Source: Octopus sinensis | Lineage: Eukaryota | Direction: 5' to 3' | DNA: 64,000 bases | Assembly (NCBI RefSeq): GCF_006345805.1 | Contig: NC_043007.1 | Coordinates: 21,390,001-21,454,000, forward strand | In this document: in pieces, positions 25,231 to 37,110 of the stretch | Numbering within the stretch: the first letter of the stretch is position 1 | How the letters are laid out: each line of letters begins with the position of its first letter | Notes under the pieces: model-generated | Databases searched by the model: none | Told to the model about the DNA's origin: nothing | The model's input: only the letters and a program-made list of their open reading frames with translations | Made by a program: the position numbers and the translations under genes

Positions 25231-25385
25231 GAAGAAGAAGAAAAGAAGAAGTAGAAGAAGAAGAAGAAAAGGAAGAAGTGGAAGAAGAAGAAGTGGAAGA
25301 AGAAGAACAACAACAGCAACAATGATGATGATGATGATGATAGTAGTAGTAGTAGTGGTGGTGGTGGTGGTGGTGATCAAGATGA
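24250..25385. repeat. Mosaic trinucleotide tracts (GAT, GAA, GGA, AAT, AAC, GGT)
   Basis: Direct reading; source of the poly-K/E/R ORFs. Confidence 0.95.
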
Positions 25386-25583
25386 TCATGATAATAAATG
25401 ATAAATTATAAAATGCTGACCTGGCATTGTGGTAATAAAAGGCAGTGTATAAGAATGTAAGAAAGAGGGTGAGGGTTGGGGGGGGCAGTCAGGTGAAGTG
25501 GGGGTGGTTGGGGGGACGGGGAGGTGGAGAAATAAGTAAACTGGAATTATGGGAAAAGGAATGAGAAAAAAGAAATGTAAGAA

Positions 25584-25622
<39 letters not shown>

Positions 25623-25821
25623 AAAACCAAGAAAAAGAAGGTGAAAAAGAAAATACAGTTGACTTCTAGATGAGAGGAGCAAGGCTGATTGGTAGATAGA
25701 TAAAATAGAACTTGGAATGTGATAAGAAGAGGGGGAAATATGTGTGATTTAAGTGTAGCTAAATTAAGCCCTAAGCCTTTCGGTAACCCTTTTGTTACCA
25801 TATTTCTAATGAAATAGGCCT

Positions 25822-26430
25822 AGGGGTGGCTAGGTGGTATGTAGCTTGCTTACCAACCACATGGTTCTGGGTTCAGTCCCACTGCGTGGCACCTTGGGCA
25901 AGTGTCTTCTACTGTAGCCTCGGGCTGACCAAAGCCTTGCAAGTGGATTTGATAGACGGAAACTGAAAGAAGCCCGTTGTATCATCATCATCATCATCAT
26001 CGTTTAACGTCCGCTTTCCATTCTAGCATGGGTTGGCGAACGAGATGGCTGCACCAGGCTTCAATCTTGATCTGGCAGGGTTTCTACAGATGGATGCCCT
26101 TCCTAACACCAACCACTCCGAGAGTGTAGTGGGTGCTTTTACATGCCACCGGCACGGGGCCAGTCAGGTGGCACTGGCAATACGTATATGTGTGTGTGTG
26201 TGGTGTGTGTGTGTGTGTGTTTGTGTGTGTATGTTTGTGCATCTGTGTTTGTCACCCCAACATCACTTGACAACTGATACCGGTGTGTTTACGTCCTCGT
26301 AACTTAGCGGTTCGGTGAAAGAGACCAATAGAATAAGTACCAGGCTTACAAAGAATAAGTCCTGGGGTCGATTTGCACGACTAAAAGACGGTGCTCCTGC
26401 ATGGCCGTAGTCAAAGTAAAAGAGTAAATA
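25822..26430 (+). mobile_element. SINE A with a SINE B (minus strand, ~25985-26180) nested in its internal microsatellite
   Basis: A head at 25822-25980, the B reverse complement, then the A 3' half. Confidence 0.75.
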
Positions 26431-26734
26431 GACTGCTTTTGTTCTCATTAATTTTGAAAATAACAAAAAATTTTGCAAAATAATTGATTAAAGTTTAGCC
26501 AAAATAAAGGTCTAAACCTTTTGTTAACCCCTTTGTTACCATATTTCACAGCCTTTGTTTCAGTTCTTTTTGAAAATGATGAAGAATTTTGTAAAAATAA
26601 TCATTATTGTTAAACTGGTGTTTGGAACATAAGTTAAGAGGAAATTTTGAAGAAAGGCTTTTAGTTTAGTTCACTTTAACTCTTTAGCATTCAGATTCCT
26701 CTGTCAAACGAAATGATTCTTTATTCACATTGTC

Positions 26735-27275
26735 AACCGATGCCGGAGGTCAGTCAGGTGGTACTGGCAATGAACCTCGCTCAAATCTTTTTACACAAGC
26801 CATCGGCACAGGTGCCAGTAAGGCAACGTTGGTAACGATCACGCTGGAATGGTGCCCTTTTGCGTGCCACCGGCATGGAAGCCAATTAGCCGCTCTGGCA
26901 ACGATGACACTCGGATGGTGCTCTTAGCTCACTACTAGCATGGGCACAAGTACAAGTAAGGCGACGCTGGTAACGATCACACTCGAATGGTGCCTTTTAT
27001 GTGCCACTGGCACGGAAGCCAGTTAACCGCTCTGTCAATGATCACGCTCGAATGGTGCCCTTGTACATGCTACGGGTACAGAAGCCATTTGGCTGCTCTG
27101 GCAACGATCACGCTCAGATGGTGCTCTTGGCACCCTACTAGCACGGGCACAATTACAAGTAAGGCGATGTTGGTAACGATCACACTCGAATGGTGCCTTT
27201 TATGTGCCACTGGCATGGAAGCCGGTGAGCCGCTCTGGCAATGATCACACTAGTATGGTGCTCTTTGCACCTGAT
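26735..27275 (-). repeat. Eight-unit 64-72 bp minisatellite from the SINE B interior
   Basis: Core G[C/T]AACGATCACGCTCGAATGGTGC at ~26767, 26832, 26898, 26970, 27034, 27100, 27172 and 27238. Confidence 0.8.
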
Positions 27276-27364
27276 GATGATATCTCATAGCTTTGAGATT
27301 TCAATGATGTGATTGTTCATTTTTAGAATGACATTGTAAGGTACATGTGAGGGGCTGAATCTGG

Positions 27365-27590
27365 CCCTGGCAGAAACGTTAGCACGCCGGGTGAAATGCT
27401 TAGTGGTATTTCATCTGCTGCTACATTCTGAGTTCAAATTCCACCGAGGTTGACTTTGCCTTTCATCCTTTCAGGGTTGATAAATTAAGTACCAGTTACG
27501 CACTGGGATCGATGTAATCGACTTAATACCTATGTCTGTCCTTGTTTGTCCCCTCTGTGTTTAGCCCCTTGTGGGCAATAAAGAATAAAA
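27365..27590 (+). mobile_element. SINE family C copy
   Basis: Family C head and core. Confidence 0.8.
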
Positions 27591-27975
27591 CAAAGAAAGA
27601 AGTTTGGACATAAAACAGATAAAAACAGATATTTTGGTTAATTATGGCTGGATTAAATTCAAAAGGATTAATGCATGATGTTTGTATCACCAAAGCCAGG
27701 AGGTCTCAGGCTGGTTGGTACCAAAAGGGTTGATCACAAAGTATTTGTTGTTGGTTGTTGTTGTTGTTGTTGTTGCTTAGTCTCAAGTTAGTCCTGGCTG
27801 ATTAAAAGCATTTTGGTTCTGACCCCAGTTCTGAATACCTTTCTGTTTTTTATCCTTTTGCTCATTGCAGTCGTTGGACCTTCGGTGAGTGTCTTCTACG
27901 ATAACCCCTGGCTGACAAAAGGCTTGTGAGGGGATTCAGCAGACGCAAACTGAAAAAAAGGACCCATAGTATACA

Positions 27976-28008
<33 letters not shown>

Positions 28009-28438
28009 CTGTGAGTGTGTATCTATTTGTGTGTTTGTGTCTGTGTTGAGTTTGTTCCCCACCACCGCTTGACAACCAGTGTTGATTTGTTTGTTTACAT
28101 CCCCACGACTAAGCAGTTCAGCGAAAGAAACCAATAGATTAAGTACCAGAGTTTTAAAAAAAAACATAAATTTTAAAAAAAAGGTATGCATGTATGTAAG
28201 TAGGTAGGTAGGTAGGTAAATGGATATGTAAGTAAACAGACAGAGAGAAAGAGATAGATAGGTACATAGGTAATATGGACAGACAAGCACACACACATAC
28301 ACACCCAAACATGCACACACAAGGAGACAGAGATACACATTCAAATACACACACACACACACACACACAAACACACAAACACACACACACAAACACATGA
28401 ATATGCAGAATATATGCATACATACAAACGTACACACA

Positions 28439-28510
<72 letters not shown>

Positions 28511-28934
28511 TACTACGCAGACACATACAAGCATACACACGTATACATACATACATGCATGCATGCATGCATACATACATACAGGCATACATACATATGT
28601 GTATACACATGCAGACTGATTCACACACATGTGCACAAACAAACGAACAAAAAGAACGCAGCTCTGATAATGGTCAGAGTCAATGACTATTAAAAAGGTT
28701 GCAAGAATCAATGAAAATTTAAGGAACAAAAAAATAAGCAAGCAAATGAGTGGGAATCGAACCAGTGAGTGTGTTAAATACGAAGGCACAAAAAGAGAAT
28801 GACCCTCCCCAGACACAATAAGATTAAAAATAGTTTTATGTTCTACTCTGTCACTTTTCAGTTGATCGAATAAAGTTCACCTCAAATGATTGTAAACCAC
28901 AATGAACTTGACCTCAAAAAATATTTGCATTTAC

Positions 28935-29583
28935 TAAGTCCTTTGTGAACCGCTCTCCAGCTATCTATCTGAGGCTTTATATACCTATGGTGCTGCCTCA
29001 CCTGGAATTTGCATCACCAGTCTGGAACCCCTATCTTGCCCAGGATATTAATTGTCTGGAAACCATTCAGCGACGTGCAACCAAGAGAATACCCTCCATC
29101 AGGCATTTGCCATATTCTGAATGCCTTATCTCCCTGGGCATGGATACATTGAAACTCTGACGTCTGGCAGCTGACTTTGCAGACACCCATAAAATTATTA
29201 ACCATCTTACTAACAATAACTCTGAGCACCTTTTCAAACTCCACCTGTCTAACACCCGTGGACATGTTTACAAAGTCAGAAAACAGCACAGCTCCCATGA
29301 CTTTCGGAAACATTTTATCATGCTAAGAGTTGCTGAAGTATGGAACAAACTGCTGGTATCAGTTGTTAGTTGTCGGAGCACTGCATCCTTCAAAACTTCC
29401 ATGCTTCCTGAGATTCGCCAACACTACACCTGATTTTCTCCCCTCCATACACACGCAAGCATGTATCTGACTCATACACTGTTCACTTTCCAGACATTTG
29501 TACATTACTGCATATGCTTTATATGCACTTTTGATAAGTTGTGGTGCACCTGAGCACTGTATACAATAATTTCATTATTACTA

Positions 29584-29618
<35 letters not shown>
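28935..29618 (+). mobile_element. CR1/L2-like LINE 3' fragment with (ATT)n tail
   Basis: Reads PHLEFASPVWNPYL..INCLETIQRRATKRIP and later RVAEVWNKL, typical CR1-group C-terminus; one in-frame stop. Confidence 0.88.
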
Positions 29619-29619
<1 letters not shown>

Positions 29620-29858
29620 TATGTTTGACTTTTGCTTTATGTCTGTACAAGTTGGCTCCAAGTCTCACCCAGAGACCTCAAGAGACAACAGGTTGGAAGT
29701 TCTGTGCCATATATTTGGGTTTTTTTTTTTTTTTTTGGTGTTGTACTAGTGAATGTCTAATACATAAAAATAAAAAAAAAACAAAAAATAAAAAATAAAA
29801 AAAATTTTTTTAAGTTTGTTTTAAACCTTGGGATTACATAGAGAGTATTTTGCGTAGG

Positions 29859-29928
<70 letters not shown>

Positions 29929-29974
29929 CAAAGCAATCTTTTGAATTTCTCTATCCATTTAAAAACTTCCTTAC

Positions 29975-30035
29975 CATTTCCCAATAGTTTATAAGTTCTT
30001 CTGATTTTAACAATATACTAATAAGAATAAAGTTT
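29975..30035 (-). CDS. Candidate exon (NFILISILLKSEELINYWEM)
   Basis: Acceptor cttttgttttAG and donor ATG|GTAAGG with an open frame; short, no homology recognised. Confidence 0.2.
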
Positions 30036-30654
30036 CTAAAACAAAAGTTTGGAGGATTGCTTTGGTATAATGGTAGAACACTTGCCATGTTTATGGGGGA
30101 TGTGGGTTCACTTCCTAGACAATTGTACATTACTGCATATGCTTTATATGCACTTTTAACAAGTTGTGTTGCACCTGAGCACTGCATACAATAATTTCAT
30201 TGTTATATTTCCCAAATTTCAGGTCAGGTCTTCACGTAACAAGACTTAATGCATCAAATCTTCTTTCCTTCTGATGTCAGCATACAAAAAAATTACCTGA
30301 AGGTTGTTGTTCAGTGACCATGGTGACAAGCTTATTCTGATGTACCTGTTCTATTTATAGCCAAGAATGTAAGCTCAGTTTGTAAGGTTTAAGCTTGAAT
30401 TTTCTCACAGTTGATAATAATAGCCAATAGTTCAGTGTTTGTAATTTAGGTTGGGTCATGACTCACCTCAATACAAAGGTTCCTCATTCTTTAATATGTA
30501 AATGCATATTTGTGTGTGTGTATGTATGTGTGTGTGTGTATACATATAGACATATACATAAATTCATACATATACACACACATATACATACATGTATTCA
30601 TACACATATATGTATGTGTGTATATAACTATATAGATGTACATATAATATACAT

Positions 30655-31072
30655 ACTCTTTTACTTGTTTCAGTCATTTGACTGTGGCCATGCTGGAGCA
30701 CAGCCTTTAGTCGAATAAATCGACCCCGGGACTTAATCTTTGTAAGCCTAGTACTTATTCTATCAGTCTCTTTTGGCGAACCGCTAAGTGACGGAGATGT
30801 AAACACACCAGCATCGGTTGTCAAGCGATGTTGGGGGGACAAACAAATATGTATATGTGTGTGTGTGTTTTTGTGTCTGTGTTTGTCCCCCCAACATCGC
30901 TTGACAACCAATGCTGGTGTGTTTACGTCCCCGTAAACTTAGTGGTTCGGCAAAAGAGACCAATAGACTAAGTACTAGGCTTACAAAGAATAAGTCCTGG
31001 GGTCGATTTGCTTGACTAAAAGGCAGTGCTCCAGCATGGCTACAATCAAATGACTGAAACAAGTAAAAGAGT
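30655..31072. repeat. Inverted pair of SINE A 3' halves (~190-bp arms, 34-nt spacer)
   Basis: 30655-30845 is the reverse complement of 30880-31072. Confidence 0.9.
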
Positions 31073-31209
31073 AAAAGAGAGTAAAGACTAGTATAGGGTC
31101 AATTCATTTGTCTAAAATTCTTCAAGACAGTGCTCCAGCATGACCACAATATAATGACAGAAACAAGTAAAAGATAAAACGATAAATATTTCTGTATTAT
31201 AATGGTTTC

Positions 31210-31665
31210 AAATTTTGCCACAAGGGCAGCAATATTGGGGGAGAGGATGAGTCAATTACATCAACCTCAGTGTTCAACTGGTATTTATTTTATCAACCAT
31301 GAAAGGATGAAAGGCAAAGTTGACCTCGGCGGAATTTGAACTCAGAACATAACGGCAGATGAAATACGGCTACGCATTTCGCCCGGTGTGCTAACGTTTC
31401 TGCCAGCTCAGCGCCTTATAAAAGGAAAATGCCTATTTTTTACCACCCACAAGGGGCTAAACACAGAGTGGACATACAAGGACAGACAGACAGATTAAGT
31501 CGATTATATCGACCCCAGTGCGTAACTGGTACTTATTTAATCGACCTCGAAAGGATGAAAGGCAAAGTCGACCTCGGCGGAATTTGAACTCAGAACATAG
31601 CAACAGGCGAAATACTGCCTAGCATTTCGGCCAGCGCACTAATGATTCTTCCAGCTCGCCGCCTT
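31210..31665 (-). mobile_element. Two tandem SINE family C copies
   Basis: Two successive reverse-complement family C cores. Confidence 0.8.
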
Positions 31666-31699
31666 CTGTATTATATAGTGAAACAAAGTACAAAAGGTA

Positions 31700-31940
31700 A
31701 GTGGAAAAATGTTTGAAGACTTTGAAGAAACAGTCAATCATATTGTTTCTAGCTGCCTGATTTTAGGTAAAAGGAAGCATATAACCAGACATGATACAGT
31801 TGGAGATTTCAAAACCATATAATAATTAATACCAGTGAATGAAAAATGTGACCATACTGTCGGACAAGTTTATTCATATAAGCAGAGCAGCTTAAGACAA
31901 ATCCCCCAGATATTGTCAAAGACCATCATGTCACTTAATC
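31700..31940 (+). pseudogene. Decayed R4/Dong-like (RLE) LINE fragment
   Basis: Reads EETVNHIVSSCLILGKRKHITRHDTVG and later PPDIVKD, matching the CCHC knuckle, RHD and PD motifs of RLE LINEs. Confidence 0.55.
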
Positions 31941-32214
31941 ATATCTCAATGACAAATGGTTGGCTTTTTTTTTGCTGTTGGTCGATGGAATTGTGAAAAC
32001 AGAAACTAAACCATCTCTGCTGTGCCTGGGCTGTTTCCAGAAGCAAGTGCCTAGCTCCATCTCCCTGGCCATATTTTCTCTGCAGGGTATGTCACGAAGT
32101 AAAGACATGTCAATATGTCCACAGCGTTCTTGGATGCCAGATATTGGTTATGTATAACCAATCAATCAAAATCAAAATTAAAATCGAAATCGGTCAAAAA
32201 TCAATGGAAATTGT

Positions 32215-32529
32215 AGCTGTGAAACCAGTGCCAGTGGCACGTAAGAGAACCATCTGAACATGGCCATTGCTAGCGCCGCCCTGACTGGCCTCCGTGCCGG
32301 TGGCACGTAAATAGCACCGTCCGATCGGGGCCGTTTGCCAGCCTCGTCTGGCACCTGTGCCAGTCACACGTAAAAAGCACCCACCACACTCATGGAGTGG
32401 TTGGCATTAGGAAGGGCATCCAGCCGTAGAAACATTGCCAGATCAGACTGGGCCTGGTGCAGCCTTCTGGCTTCCCAGACCCCAGTTGAACAGTCCAACC
32501 CATGCTAGCATGGAAAGCGGACGCTAAAC

Positions 32530-32575
<46 letters not shown>

Positions 32576-32580
32576 GTGAT
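32215..32580 (+). mobile_element. SINE family B copy
   Basis: Family B 3' block with a (GAT)n tail. Confidence 0.8.
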
Positions 32581-33339
32581 TCATGTCTGCCTTGGGGTCC
32601 CTTCCTCTGAATTTTCTGAAGGTGTTTACTCCTATAGCATTTTTTAAAATGCTCAATAAATTTTCCCATAAGGCAACAGGGGTTTATTATTATAGGGGGT
32701 ATGGTTTATGCCGAGCCAATCTCATTCTTTTCTTTGTTGTGTCTAGGGAGAGTCATTATGTCAATGTTAACATACGCACAAGTTGGGATTGAACCAGTGC
32801 ATGTGTTAATAACATTGGCATAATGTCTCTCCTTCGACACAACAAAATTTGTTTCAACAAAAATTCACATAAAGAATTTTGCGAACCAGATGCAAAAACA
32901 ATCCCACTCTCCTCCTTCGACCTTATGTTGTTTCGTTTAGTCTGGTTCCACAAGTGTTAGAAGCCCAATAGTTATGGGATGCAGGAGTTAACTTCTCTTA
33001 GTATGGAGTTACCTTCTCTTAGATGAGCAGCTAAAAAATGCTGAAGAGCATCATCAGCCCTGGGTCTGTTGGGGTGTCTGTGAATGACAATTCCATGATA
33101 AGCTTATTAACCCATTGCCGGGGCCCTGATAGGAGTTGCTACGCCAGGTCAATGTAGACCTGGGAACAATAGTGGTTAAGTGATGGTTCCACATTCTTTA
33201 AAACCATGGGCTGCCAAACCAATGCCCCACAATCGGATGCAGTTTAAAGTCATTATGGACCACAAAATGCCTATGAAAGACATGGAGAAACTATCTTAGT
33301 ATATATGTCAAGGAAACCAGAAACAATTCCCAGAAATTA

Positions 33340-33903
33340 TTGGGTTGTCTGGAAAGTTCGTGCCGATTTATAGTAGCTTACCTTTCGACTTATTTTAGAA
33401 CATGATTGAGTCCATAAAATAGGATTTGACTACACCTCCATTTAGAGCACAATTTAAGCTATCTTTTCGTGGAAGAAGGTTTATGTTCCTATAACCTGTG
33501 TTAATTCTAATTCTTTAAAATGGAAGATAAGAAAGTTCATTTTCGGCACTTGATGTCTTGGGAACCAGACAAAAATTGCTGCAGCTTGGCTGGGATGTGT
33601 TACCCCACCCTCCATATTCACCAGATATTGCTCCTTTGCATTTCCACTTATTCAGGTCTCCGCAGAAGAGTCTTAATGGGAAAAATTTCAATTCCTTTGA
33701 TGACATAAAAAGATACCTTGATGAATTCTTTGCCATGAAACCACTTCAATTCTGGGAAAAGGGTATTTTCAAGTTAAAGGAAAGATGGAGATGCATTGTG
33801 CAACAAAATGGTTCATATTTGGTTGATTAAAAATGTAATGGCAAGTATTTAATGACCTTTTTCTTTCCTTCAAAAATCGGCACAAACTTTCCGGACAATC
33901 CAA
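33340..33903 (+). mobile_element. Internally deleted non-autonomous mariner with both TIRs and TA TSD
   Basis: TA|TTGGGTTGTCTGGAAAG...CTTTCCGGACAATCCAA|TA; MEDKKVHFRHLM joins directly to the C-terminal LLQLGWDVLPHPPYSPDIAP region of the 17.5-18.7 kb family. Confidence 0.92.
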
Positions 33904-34329
33904 TATTATGCTGCTTAAGGAATGGTTTAAAGAGCTGAAAGATAAACATATACAAAAATAACAACAACAACAACAACAAAAGACACAACATCCACACTTA
34001 TACATTATTTACATTATTTACATTTGACGGATATTTGTCCTCATCTTGTTTGTTGTTAATACAGTACAACTACATACAACTCCTGCATCCCATAACTCAT
34101 GTAGGGTGCTTTCAAAACAATGTTTAAGTAAAGCACAACTTCCATACTTATATAGAAAGACGAGTGTCCTAGTGGTCAGGGAGGTATACTCATGATCACA
34201 AGATTTTAGTTTCAATTCCTGGACAGAGTGGTTCATTGAGTTCTTGAACAAAACACTTCATTTTCACCCTGATCGAATTCACTCACCTGTTAATGAGTAG
34301 GGATTCAAGCCTCTTCTCCTTATCTCCTC

Positions 34330-34798
34330 AAAGACATACATCATCTCGAAAGAGTCCAGAAGCTGGCTACTCACATGGTTCTTGGTCTCAAGCATTTGTC
34401 TTATGAAGAAAGGCTGAAAACGCTCAATCTTTATTCTCTAGAAAAACGACGATGCCGTGGTGATCTCATTCTCGCTCACAACATCATAAGCAGAAAGTGT
34501 AACCTCTCGAAAGAGCTGTTCTTCACTCCTGCTCCAGAGTGTTGGCTGCGGGGTCACTCTGAAAAGCTCTATCTGCGACGATTTCATCTCAATCGAAGGA
34601 GAGGGGCTTTCTCTGTCCAGGTTGCGGATCCCTGGAATAAGCTGCCGGACGAGATAGTGAAGATGCCGACGACCACTCGGTTCAAAGTCTCTCTTGACCA
34701 GAAATGGCCTGAACTCTTTGCATGAACATCATCCTTGTACATAACTCCATGTCCCCCTACATGGCCTTGCTTTTTGCTTAACTTAACTTAACTTAACC
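34330..34798 (+). mobile_element. CR1-like LINE 3' fragment with (TTAAC)n tail
   Basis: ORF LSYEERLKTLNLYSLEKRRCRGDLI...FSVQVADPWNKLP. Confidence 0.88.
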
Positions 34799-34952
34799 AG
34801 GTAATGAACTGGTGTAGCCATACAAGGGGAATATTGAGATCTCAGTCACTTATAAAACCCCTGGAAACCAGGTAACTGGTCCTATGAATCCTAGCCCATG
34901 AAACAGCCATGTCCAGGGGTTGCTGACAATGATGATGGTAACACTTATACAG

Positions 34953-35052
34953 GGTACTCTTAAGACAGTATAGCAATACAGAACTTCCATACTTAGTAGA
35001 GAACTATCAATACAATATTAAAATATGGCGCATAGTTACGATACAGAAGTGG
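34953..35052 (+). CDS. Candidate exon ending in an IQ-motif-like start (VLLRQYSNTELPYLVENYQYNIKIWRIVTIQKW)
   Basis: 100 nt open frame with donor TGG|GTAAGT and a weak acceptor; phase-compatible with 14826-14992. Confidence 0.27.
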
Positions 35053-35754
35053 GTAAGTGGCAATTAAAAATAGTTTTGGAAATGTATTTTTGAAAATAAT
35101 GGAAACACACGAAAAATAATAGCTTGTTAGATGACTATGTTCGAACAACAGAAAATGAAAGCAATTTCTTCAAAGCATTGAATTAATTTGCAACATGCTG
35201 TTCTGATCTGAATAGTTTCAGCCATTAGAAAAGTCATTTAATTCATAATATAAAATATTATTGATGTTAATCTTTTAATAGATTCCCAATCAAATAACAT
35301 CAAGTTTCCATTCTCTTTTGAATGACTAAGAAACAAGAAAAAGCTCCAAAATGGTGTCTCACTGATAGAACAGAAATTGTTTCCCAAAACGACTAAAAAC
35401 AAAAAAGGCAAAAACAAAGATGAAAAGATAACCAATCGATCCATCACATGTCTACCAGTAATATAGAAACTGCCAATTTATCTCTTGTGAAGGGGCATTG
35501 CTCAGTGGCATTGCTCAGTGGCTGGGGTATTGCACTCATGATCACAAGACTACAGTTTCAATTCCTGGACTGGGCGATGCATTGTATTCTGAAGCGAAAC
35601 ATTTCATTTCATGTTGCTCTACTCAGCACTAAATGAGTTTCAGAAATAACTGGGGAGTTAACTTTGTGATGGACTGTTCTCTCATCCAGGGTTAAGTGTT
35701 GTAATATCAGTCACTTATACATCATAGAAACCGGGTTTCTATGATGTATAAAGG

Positions 35755-36185
35755 TAAGGCAGCGAGCTAGCAGAAACGTTATCACGCTGGGTGATGTGCT
35801 TAGTGGTATTTCATCTGCCATTACGTTCTGAGTTCAAATTCTGCCAAGGTCGACTTTGCCTTTCATCCTTTTGGGGTCGATTAAATAAGTACTAGTTACG
35901 CACTGAGGTCGATGTAATCGACTTAATCCCTTTGTCTGTCCTTGTTTGTCCTCTAAGGTGGCGAGCTGGCAGAAACGTTAGCATGCCGGGCGAAGTGCTT
36001 TGCGGTATTTTGTCTGCCGTTACGTTCTGAGTTCAAATTCTGCCTAGGTCGACTTTGCCTTTCATCCTTTCGGGGTCGATAAATTAAGTACCAGTTATGC
36101 CCGGGGGTCAATGTAATCGACTTAATCCCTTTGTCTGTCCTTGTTTGTCCTATCTGTGTTTAGCCCCTTGTGGGCAATAAAGAAA
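35755..36185 (+). mobile_element. Two tandem SINE family C copies
   Basis: Two consecutive family C heads and cores. Confidence 0.8.
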
Positions 36186-37018
36186 CAAGAAACTAGGTTA
36201 AACTCCAGCCTTATGAGTCCCAGGGCTCACAAAAGACCTAAGCTAAGCTAAACCATCACTTGTCTATCAGCAGGCGACTGACTGACTTGTCAAATTTTTC
36301 CCTTTAAATACCTGCTGCTTGGCTCCAGCAGGCAGCCCCAGCAAGTTGTCATGTGACACTGTCTCAACTTTAACTGGATTTAGCCCACACATTCTCTAAA
36401 CAACCGTCACCTGTCAAGAGACCACACATACACACACACAGAGGAAGAGGAAGAGAAAGAGAGAGAGAGGAGAGAGAGAAAGGGAACATGCTTCAAAATA
36501 CTACCATGTTTTTAATGCAGTTGTGTAGGATTCCTCAAGAACCAAATAAACTTGCATAATCTTACTGAGAACTTTTACTCTGGGTGATTTAAAAGGATGT
36601 GTATGCTGGTAAGAAAATAAAGCATCTAGAATTTATTCTCCATTGATTCAAAATACCCAGGGTGCTATTGTCTATTAGTGCGATAGACAGATTTTTTTCA
36701 AAAAGTAATTGTCACTAAAAGGATCAAGGTAAAAACAAAATGAAAGAGAAACAATATCACTGGCATTACAGATTCTTTATCAATTGTTAATAGAGCAAAG
36801 GAAATTCTTACAACATGAATAGCTGACTTTAATTTGGTTTCTGTTAAAAATTTTATGATTCATTGGAAGTCAAAAGGGATTAAATTAATGACTTTATTCA
36901 TTTATTTCATTTTTTTTCATCTAGTTTCAGCTCACGAGCTGTGGCCATGCTGGGGCACCACTATTTAGCTGTGGCCATGCTGGGGCACTGCCATTTTGTA
37001 TTGCAAGGAAAGTCTTGT

Positions 37019-37110
37019 TGCCTGTAGAGAGACTTGAACCCGCGACCCTCAGATTTCATAACTCGACAGTTTTTAAAAGTCTGATGTTCTACCAACTGAG
37101 CTATGTGGGC
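37019..37110 (-). tRNA. tRNA-Lys(UUU)-like with a 19-nt canonical-position intron; probable pseudogene
   Basis: GCCCACATAGCTCAGTTGGTAGAACATCAGACTTTTA[aaaactgtcgagttatgaa]ATCTGAGGGTCGCGGGTTCAAGTCTCTCTACAGGCA is 73+19 nt. It has three acceptor-stem mismatches, one T-stem mismatch and no downstream T4 terminator. Confidence 0.78.

Larger units (their letters stand above)
26523..27732. mobile_element. Nest of piggyBac-like (TTAA-flanked) MITE remnants interrupted by SINEs
   Basis: TTAA|CCCTTT at ~26523, TTAA|CTCTTT at ~26676, AAAGGA|TTAA at ~27670 and AAAAGGG|TTGA at ~27732; related end AAAGGG|TTAA at ~14056. Confidence 0.4.

Noticed and set aside
24211-25389. Poly-K/E/R/S/M ORFs
   Set aside because: Translations of trinucleotide microsatellites.
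26735-27275. CRISPR-like repeat-spacer array
   Set aside because: The spacers are related to each other, the unit is part of a SINE seen many times in the window, the DNA is eukaryotic, and no cas genes are present.
30296-36604. Series of 22-55 nt minus-strand micro-exon candidates (e.g. 35363-35392, ~36565-36604) that can be chained in frame
   Set aside because: Too short and too many alternative choices; such matches are expected by chance in AT-rich DNA.
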